A DNA stretch of 59,834 bases from Candidatus Iainarchaeum sp. (GTDB taxonomy: Archaea; Iainarchaeota; Iainarchaeia; Iainarchaeales; VGJJ01), in contig VGJJ01000002.1 of the NCBI GenBank assembly GCA_016867455.1, forward strand, positions 1-59,834. The letters are read 5' to 3'. The notes beneath the pieces are model-generated. The model saw nothing but the letters and a program-made list of their open reading frames with translations, had not been told where the DNA came from and made no database searches. This document shows positions 53,619 to 59,834 of this stretch, one piece after another. Position 1 is the first letter of the stretch; every line of letters starts with the position of its first letter. A program made the position numbers and the translations under genes.

Positions 53619-54424
53619 TAGTGACCACCCTTCTTCGCGAGTGCATGTACGGCGTTTTCCGTCCAAATGGTTAATCTTCCGGCGAGTGTTCCTGGAGCTA
53701 AGTGTTCCGCATTCAAACTCTGCACTTGAACGACTTCAACGCCTGGCAAATTTCTTCCAGCGCGGTAAACAGGTTTTGTTCCGTCGGTTACAATCAGAAT
53801 GGATTTTTTAGTTTTGAATCGCTTTCCGCGGTTCTTGTTTTTTCCCGCGCGTGTGCGTTTCGAATCTTTAGCCATTTCCACGTCTTTGTTTACATGTAAA
53901 GCGGATAATGCTTTGACAATTTCATTTGTCTTCGCTGCGTTTTCAAAGGATGAATCCACAATCAGTGGGAACATTTTCTCATCGAAGTGGTGGCCGCGTT
54001 CTTTGACGAGTTTCACATTCATGGATGCCGCGATGGCGGATGCAATAGCTTTGCGTCGTTCTTTCACGTTGATGCGTTCTTCCGTAACTGTTTCCACTTT
54101 GGGCGGGTGAGGGCGAGGTCCTCCTACTGCTTGCGGGACGGCGGCGACTTTTCCGTACAAAATTGCTCGGCGATTCCGCAAGCGGGGCAAGCGAGCGTGT
54201 CCCACGTTGATTGTTTTGTGGGGCGTGGGCTTTCCGCGGACACCAATGTATTCGGCGGTATTATTTCGTCCGCTTCCGCGTTTATTTCCAAAAGGCTGGA
54301 TGCGTGTGGATTGCACGGCGAGCACGGCTCGTTTGATGAGTGCGGGATCATACGTGGTGGAGAAAATGGTGGGGAGCTGAATCTCCTTGACTTTGCTTCC
54401 TTCACGTGAAAAAACGGCAGGCAT
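53618..54424 (-). CDS. rpl4: 50S ribosomal protein uL4
   Basis: Start moved to ATG 54424 (TAATG junction with rpl3). MPAVFSREGSKVKEIQLP... Confidence 0.92.
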   Translation of the reverse strand: MPAVFSREGSKVKEIQLPTIFSTTYDPALIKRAVLAVQSTRIQPFGNKRGSGRNNTAEYIGVRGKPTPHKTINVGHARLPRLRNRRAILYGKVAAVPQAVGGPRPHPPKVETVTEERINVKERRKAIASAIAASMNVKLVKERGHHFDEKMFPLIVDSSFENAAKTNEIVKALSALHVNKDVEMAKDSKRTRAGKNKNRGKRFKTKKSILIVTDGTKPVYRAGRNLPGVEVVQVQSLNAEHLAPGTLAGRLTIWTENAVHALAKKGGH

Positions 54425-55461
54425 TACCACGCACCCCCAGTCGTTGAAACGTATTTGACGGCGCCAATCTTGTAATGGTTGGTGGCATCTGGTCGAATGC
54501 ATTCGCGCAAACCCACGAGTCGTTTTACAGGCCCAGGAATGCTTCCGGCGAGTAAAATGAATTCGTTTTGCACGGGACCATAATGTTCAAATCCGGCTTT
54601 GGGATTGAGTTTGGCCGTTTCGTTGGTAATTTTCAAAATGCGTTTGTTGAATTCAGTACGATTGTGATATCCTAATTGTCCGGGTCGTGCAACCGAGAAC
54701 TGCACCGTGCGAGGGTTGAGTGGAGAAATACTTCCAACGGTACGAATGTACTTTGCTTTAGGTCGGAATGTCTTGATTCCAAATCGAGCAATCACACCAC
54801 CCATTCCAAATCCGCGGGTCACGGCTTTCACGTCAACGTCTTGATTGTCTTTGAAGACTTCCGATACGGCAATGGTTTGTCCGAATTTTTGTTTGGCGAA
54901 CGCTATTTGTTCATCAATGGTTCCGGACAATGCTACTTCGGCCACTTCAGCTTTCTTTTTTCCAAAAGATGTTTTCTCCGGGTGCGTGTGAACGAGCAAT
55001 CGAATCTGGTTGAGAGTGGATTTCATCTCTTCCATTTTTTCAAACGTGAAAGGCGTTGTGTTAGAACGAGGTTGAGCGTGATTTTTTTTGTGAGCTGATT
55101 TCTTTTTGAAATGGGTTAATTTTTTTTGTGCAGATTTTTCAAGTTTATCCACACTCATTTCGGCGGCGACGTGCAAACCATAGGCATCGTGCGTGTATGC
55201 GCGCACACCAAAAACGTGGACGGGTGGGCATTCAATCACAGTCGTGGGGATTTGCATGTCTTGCTTGTCCATTTTTCCCCCTGCATGCTGGGATTGTGCG
55301 ATAAGGTGAATCATTCCCACTTTGTATCCGTAGAAGTTCATGGGCTTAGCCGGTCCCTTCATTTCGGGGAATGAGTTGAATGAGGGGGTTTCTTTGTAGG
55401 CTCGCTTGCGGGGCCTGTGCATCAGGCTTCCCTTACGGGGATTGTGTCTCGCGCGAACCAT
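54424..55461 (-). CDS. rpl3: 50S ribosomal protein uL3
   Basis: 345 aa; HRPRKRAYKETPSF...FYGYKVGMIHL. First gene of the superoperon. Confidence 0.93.
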   Translation of the reverse strand: MVRARHNPRKGSLMHRPRKRAYKETPSFNSFPEMKGPAKPMNFYGYKVGMIHLIAQSQHAGGKMDKQDMQIPTTVIECPPVHVFGVRAYTHDAYGLHVAAEMSVDKLEKSAQKKLTHFKKKSAHKKNHAQPRSNTTPFTFEKMEEMKSTLNQIRLLVHTHPEKTSFGKKKAEVAEVALSGTIDEQIAFAKQKFGQTIAVSEVFKDNQDVDVKAVTRGFGMGGVIARFGIKTFRPKAKYIRTVGSISPLNPRTVQFSVARPGQLGYHNRTEFNKRILKITNETAKLNPKAGFEHYGPVQNEFILLAGSIPGPVKRLVGLRECIRPDATNHYKIGAVKYVSTTGGAW

Positions 55462-55537
55462 GTTTTTTTCCTCGTGAATGGCTTAGAAAGGCAGACTCGA
55501 GAATGCGCCAAAAAGAGTGTTTTTGACGGCATTTACT

Positions 55538-55573
55538 CAAACTTTTGAAAAAGTTTGATCAAAATCGATCAAA
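55538..55573 (-). repeat. palindromic intergenic element, copy f
   Basis: The minus strand reads TTTGATCGATTTTGATCAAACTTTTTCAAAAGTTTG. It lies between a TATA-like GCTTTATATAGC (55627-55638) and the rpl3 ATG (55461). Confidence 0.85.
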
Positions 55574-55697
55574 CCCTTCGTAGTCGAGCAGTCTACCTTC
55601 CGATACTACTAAATTCCTCAAAGAAAGCTATATAAAGCAACCGTACAACCCCTATCGAATATAACCTCTTGAATTGGCAAAATGAGGGGTTTTATCC

Positions 55698-57710
55698 CTA
55701 CTTGCGTCGGGTGGGCATCCAAATGGGGTCAATTTCGTTCATGTCAGCGAAATCTTCCGAATTCGTTATGTTGCCGTTGGTGGGGGTTTGTCGCGTTGAA
55801 CGTGCTTCTTCGCTGTCTTGTTCTTTTTTCCAGGAGAACCAAATCGTCAAACCAATGACGAGCAATAACACACCAATCCAGAATCCGCCGGCCTGCGTGA
55901 CGAATCCGGTAATGGCACTCGCGGCCACGGACACGGGAGGGTTGGTCGACGTCGCGTTGGACGCGGGTTGATTCACGTCAGCGTTTTCATTTTCCAATTG
56001 AATCGTTTGCGTGACCGTGTAACCCGCACTCGTGAGTTGTATAATGGCAATGGTTTTTCCCGCGAATGATTGGGCGGGAATAAAGATGAGTGATTCATCC
56101 AATCCGGGGAGTGAAAATGTTTTGGTGAATGTTTGCGTGCCGGGTTTTGCCATCACATTCAGTGTAACTTCTTGCGTGTACGCGGATTGATTGTACACTT
56201 GTAGCGCGAATTCGGTGGCGCCGTTTACATTAAGTGTTGCGGGTGGATTGACAAATTGTACGGGCGCATTATCTAATCCTGAAAACAACAGCGTGCTTGT
56301 TTTTTCAGTAATGGTGCATCCATTAATGCTTGTGTTCACGCGAATGGTTTGTGTTTTTGCATTTTGTGTCACGTAAAATGATTGTAATTTGGCCGAATTG
56401 GCAGGAACAACAACATGTGTAGGAGAAATCTTTCCTGCATCCGTTGAAATGGTCAACGTGGCATCCGTTGAAAGGGGATTGTTGAACAACACGTCAATAT
56501 TTTTTTCTCCTTTCATGATGATTACGGGCTGAATGTTTGCGTAAAATGATTCGCATGTAGCGTTTTCATTTCCTACGAAAGTATAGCGGAATCGTTTCGC
56601 ATTCACGAGGCAGCTTCCCCCATCCGTGAAGTGTCCTTTCAGCGTGAGGAATGCATTGGCGTCAAAGCTTCCTGTGTTAGAGTATCCGATAGCGTTGAAT
56701 GCTATTTCTTCCATGGAATCGAAGTCAATGGTAACGGGATTTGACACGGGTTCAAAGGAGACTTGGTAATTCGTGTCTTTGAACGTGTATTCGTCCACGT
56801 AGAAGTTTTGACTCGATGTATTCGTGAGTGTGAATGCGTGTTCGGTGGTTTGTCCCGCGTAAATAGTTACCAGTGGCATGTTCACGTTTAATTCGGTGCA
56901 CACGCCTGTTTGCACTCCTGTGTCTTCCACTGTCACGTCAAACGCGTCGGAGATGTCGGAGAATGAACAATCGTATCCGTTTTCGAATTCTCCTCTAATC
57001 TCAACATACGTTGCGTCGGTTTCATCGTCGGAAACTCCTTTTGCGTCAATTTCAATCGTATACGTGTTCGTTTGGTTTCCTGAAATATTTTTTTGAAAGT
57101 CCGTATCAGTGAATGGGGGTTTGGCGCGTGACACGTAGGAGTCGCCGTCATCAAATACATCAAATCCTTGCATGGTAAAATCGTTTGATGAATGATTGGT
57201 CACGCGAATCGTGTGCAAAATGGTGTCGTTTTCTGAAACAGTCATATCGTCCGCATCGATTTGGATGAGTGAGCAGACGTCGTCTCCATCTTGTATGGTT
57301 ACATCAATCGTGAATGTCAAATCGCTGAAGTCACAGTCCGTGTCATCATCATCGTTGAAGTTTCCTTCGAATTGAATGCGGAATGTTTCGCTCTTGTCTC
57401 CGTTCACATCTACCGTGTCGTAGCGCAAGCGCAGGGTTTCGGTTTCGTCTTCATTTATTTGGGATGGAAAATCGTCCACGCTCACATCCAAGTAGGTACT
57501 GGATTCTTGCACGCGCACATCGTCTAAGTCAAAATCATCATCCGCGTTGTTTTCAATGTCAAATGTAATAAGTCGGTTGTCTCGATCCTCCGAGAATGTC
57601 ACGTTTCGTGGACTAATGTCAATATCATTACAAGAGGTCGCCGCGTGCGTGGGGGTGACGAAAAGGGCGAGTATTCCGAGTACGATGAGGGTGCGCAGAA
57701 ACGTTTTCAT
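55698..57710 (-). CDS. cell-surface protein: signal peptide, ~5 Cys-bracketed beta-rich modules, C-terminal TM anchor
   Basis: 670 aa. Starts MKTFLRTLIVLGILALFVTPTHA. Recurring Cys pairs (SCNDIDI..DCDFSD; VCSLIQI..DCSFSD; VCTELNV..SCLVNA; TCESFYA..GCTITE). C-terminal GGFWIGVLLLVIGLTIWFSW plus a ~45-aa tail. Confidence 0.75.
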   Translation of the reverse strand: MKTFLRTLIVLGILALFVTPTHAATSCNDIDISPRNVTFSEDRDNRLITFDIENNADDDFDLDDVRVQESSTYLDVSVDDFPSQINEDETETLRLRYDTVDVNGDKSETFRIQFEGNFNDDDDTDCDFSDLTFTIDVTIQDGDDVCSLIQIDADDMTVSENDTILHTIRVTNHSSNDFTMQGFDVFDDGDSYVSRAKPPFTDTDFQKNISGNQTNTYTIEIDAKGVSDDETDATYVEIRGEFENGYDCSFSDISDAFDVTVEDTGVQTGVCTELNVNMPLVTIYAGQTTEHAFTLTNTSSQNFYVDEYTFKDTNYQVSFEPVSNPVTIDFDSMEEIAFNAIGYSNTGSFDANAFLTLKGHFTDGGSCLVNAKRFRYTFVGNENATCESFYANIQPVIIMKGEKNIDVLFNNPLSTDATLTISTDAGKISPTHVVVPANSAKLQSFYVTQNAKTQTIRVNTSINGCTITEKTSTLLFSGLDNAPVQFVNPPATLNVNGATEFALQVYNQSAYTQEVTLNVMAKPGTQTFTKTFSLPGLDESLIFIPAQSFAGKTIAIIQLTSAGYTVTQTIQLENENADVNQPASNATSTNPPVSVAASAITGFVTQAGGFWIGVLLLVIGLTIWFSWKKEQDSEEARSTRQTPTNGNITNSEDFADMNEIDPIWMPTRRK

Positions 57711-57783
57711 GTATATATTGGGGCACTTAACCCTTAAATAGCAACACTTTTCCCGTGAATTAGTTAATTTTCTGACTTTACGT

Positions 57784-59811
57784 TTAATGGTGTTCTTCTT
57801 CCATCATCTGCTTCAACCGTTTCAAAATCTCTTGTTTTTCGTCATTTGTCGGTTTTGTGTCTTTTTTGAGGGCTCCTTCTAATTCGCTCGTTTGCCGCTG
57901 CAGCGTATCCTTCAATGCGCGCGGGTCGCCTACGTCTCCTTCTTCTTTCTCTTGGATGGCGCGGTGTTCTTTTTCTTTGCGCGACAAATAGTCTAAATCC
58001 GAGTCCGACAATCCTTCCACTTCTTCGAAGGGGAGTTTTTCCAATGCTTCTTCTTCACTAATTTCCTGTTCCATCACATGATCGGTTTGCGCAGGAACTT
58101 TTTCCGCGGCGAATGGGGCGGCTCGTGTGTTTTCTTTTTCTAATTCATCAAAAATAATTTCTCCCGAAGCCGCTTTTTTCTCGCGGGATAGTTTTTCAGC
58201 GTCGCGTAATAAATCCGCAGGCATTGCAGAACTTTTTCCGGCTTTTTCCCCAGAAGCAGCATCACTCGTTCCAAATGGTTGCTTCCACGGCAATGTGTTC
58301 GTGGACGTGTTAGCAGTTGATGACGATGGTAATGGTGTGAGTGAATTAATTTCACGCACAGAAGTGGGAGTCATCGTTGTTGCGCCAGAATTTTTCGTCG
58401 GTACAATTGTTGCCGTGTTGCGCGAGACCCAGGGAGGAACATACTTGGTTGATTCACTCGCGGAAGTAGGAATGGTTGGTTGTTCGGATCGTGTTACGGG
58501 CCGTGGGGCGGGATTGGATGCTGGGGCAACGGCCTTGGGTGCGAGTGATTGTAATAATTCTGCACGCTTCGCACGCTGTTCTTCTTCGGCACTCTTTTTT
58601 TCGACGCGTGAAAATTCCATTGTTTTCGTGGGAGAAACCAGTGAAACAGTTTGGTTGGGAGTGGAAACAGGAAGTAATGGATTAGTATCTCTCGGCGCGG
58701 GCGCGGATGGTTGACTCGCTGTTCGCAGTTCATTGCTCGCAGTGGGTTTCACGAATGGTGTTGATGAAGTTGTCTTGGTTACGGGAGGAATAGCTTCGGT
58801 CGCGGGGTTCTTTTTCACGGATGATGTGGGTGGAATGGGCGCGTATGCCGATGGTGCGTTAGTCAGTTTGACGGCGGGAGTAATTGGAACAGTAGCGGAT
58901 GATCGTGCGGCTGGTTTAGGGTTAGTTGTTTTTTCTCCTAATAGTTTTTTCCAAAATGGAATTGGTTTTGGGGAAGATGCACTCGCAGGTGTTTTAGTTG
59001 GAGTTGAACGCTGCGCCGCGGGAATGGGTGAAGCGGGAAGTGATTTTTGAGGCGAATAGGCGGGAGCGGTAGAAATTGGGGGAGTCGGCGAAACGTTTCG
59101 TGTTGGCGAAGAAGCAGGGGCGAATGGAGGAGCAGGTGGCCGCGCAGGTGCTGATGTTGAAATTGGTACAGTCGCAGGTTTCACTGGCGACATTTGATTT
59201 ATTGGTGCGGCGCTTTTGGCAGTTGCTGGCCAGCGCGGCGCCGGGGCAGGTGCGGGCGCGGATGCACTAGTGGGGAGTGGAAGAGTGGCAGTGGGTGGTG
59301 CGGCATTATTCGATTTTTTTTGGAATTTGGCATAATTAGCTAGTCCACGTTGAATGTAGGGTGGATACGGCATGTCCGCGTAATAATGAGGAACACGTGG
59401 CATGGGCGGTGAGTTGGTGGAAAGACTCGTCTTCGCAGGTGCTGTCACGGGTGGGGATGAAGCAGTCGTATTTTTGGGTGGCGTGGGTGCGTACGCGGGG
59501 CGAATCGTATTTTTTACGTGCGTGTCCATGATTTCATCTAATTGTTGACGCATCGCGGCCTGGGCTTCCGTACTGGCATACGTGGGCTGTATGCTTTTCA
59601 GTAATGGTTTTTCTTTCTCGCGGGGTTTTCCAAAAATGGCGAGTGAAATTTTCTTGGCAATTGCCGGCGTGTTATCATCGCGGGGGAGTTCTCCTAATCG
59701 TTGTTTCTCTCTTCTTTTTTGGAGAAACTCATTGATTTCATCCACTTCTTCGGGCACGGGCATGCGTGAAGAATCGAGTTTGAGAATAAAAACGGAGTAT
59801 ATTCCTCTCAT
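57784..59811 (-). CDS. P/A/S/T-rich low-complexity protein with charged helical termini (unknown)
   Basis: 675-aa uninterrupted frame with no TM or signal peptide seen. The central ~450 aa are dominated by P, A, S and T. The C-terminus is E/K-rich. The start is uncertain (ATG 59763 is an alternative). Confidence 0.6.
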   Translation of the reverse strand: MRGIYSVFILKLDSSRMPVPEEVDEINEFLQKRREKQRLGELPRDDNTPAIAKKISLAIFGKPREKEKPLLKSIQPTYASTEAQAAMRQQLDEIMDTHVKNTIRPAYAPTPPKNTTASSPPVTAPAKTSLSTNSPPMPRVPHYYADMPYPPYIQRGLANYAKFQKKSNNAAPPTATLPLPTSASAPAPAPAPRWPATAKSAAPINQMSPVKPATVPISTSAPARPPAPPFAPASSPTRNVSPTPPISTAPAYSPQKSLPASPIPAAQRSTPTKTPASASSPKPIPFWKKLLGEKTTNPKPAARSSATVPITPAVKLTNAPSAYAPIPPTSSVKKNPATEAIPPVTKTTSSTPFVKPTASNELRTASQPSAPAPRDTNPLLPVSTPNQTVSLVSPTKTMEFSRVEKKSAEEEQRAKRAELLQSLAPKAVAPASNPAPRPVTRSEQPTIPTSASESTKYVPPWVSRNTATIVPTKNSGATTMTPTSVREINSLTPLPSSSTANTSTNTLPWKQPFGTSDAASGEKAGKSSAMPADLLRDAEKLSREKKAASGEIIFDELEKENTRAAPFAAEKVPAQTDHVMEQEISEEEALEKLPFEEVEGLSDSDLDYLSRKEKEHRAIQEKEEGDVGDPRALKDTLQRQTSELEGALKKDTKPTNDEKQEILKRLKQMMEEEHH

Positions 59812-59834
59812 TGAACGTGATGATAGTCACCATT

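Noticed and set aside
53221-53811. 196-aa plus-strand ORF.
   Set aside because: It is antisense to rpl23 and rpl4, staying open across the K/E-rich (AAG/GAA) region.

Overview
This is an archaeal chromosomal window. It carries archaeal or eukaryal-type r-proteins (eL14, eL18, eL19, eL32, eL34, eS4), RpoD and RpoN, a family-B DNA polymerase, aSUI1, Rpp29 and deoxyhypusine synthase. Very tight gene packing, leaderless-type promoters and missing operon members suggest a small-genome (DPANN-like) lineage, but that placement is inference only.

Layout:
(i) 1-8.9 kb: tRNA-Glu, dys, tspO and a [NiFe]-hydrogenase module (hypA-C-D-E, hypF, a truncated small subunit, a group-3b-like large subunit and a maturation protease).
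(ii) 8.9-20.6 kb: tRNA-Met, a DASS transporter, a divergent RpiA-like gene, two tiny basic-peptide ORFs, tRNA-Thr, HisRS, two tandem paralogous polytopic membrane proteins, tRNA-His, tRNA-Arg, an amber-interrupted DHFR-family gene, a membrane protein, MetAP and PolB.
(iii) 20.6-26.2 kb: a poorly characterised block. Two coiled-coil proteins flank a degenerate HerA/FtsK-like pseudo-ATPase, followed by three small membrane proteins (one with a GroEL-like GGM tail) and PurF.
(iv) 26.3-35.2 kb: an 8-kb gene for a ~2,683-aa secreted protein with 10+10 FG-GAP-like blades, plus a single-pass membrane partner.
(v) 35.2-55.5 kb: one same-strand ribosomal superoperon of 37 protein genes plus tRNA-Leu, running L3 to S2. 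Many of its r-proteins carry low-complexity extensions.
(vi) 55.7-59.8 kb: a Cys-bracketed multi-domain surface protein and a P/A/S/T-rich disordered protein.

The strongest non-genic signal is a ~30-nt element (TTTTTGATCAAAC TTTT-N3-AAAA GTTTG) present in at least 8 intergenic copies at tRNA and translation-operon boundaries. I saw no CRISPR array, transposase, integrase or reverse transcriptase. All family assignments come from reading motifs by eye; no searches were run.
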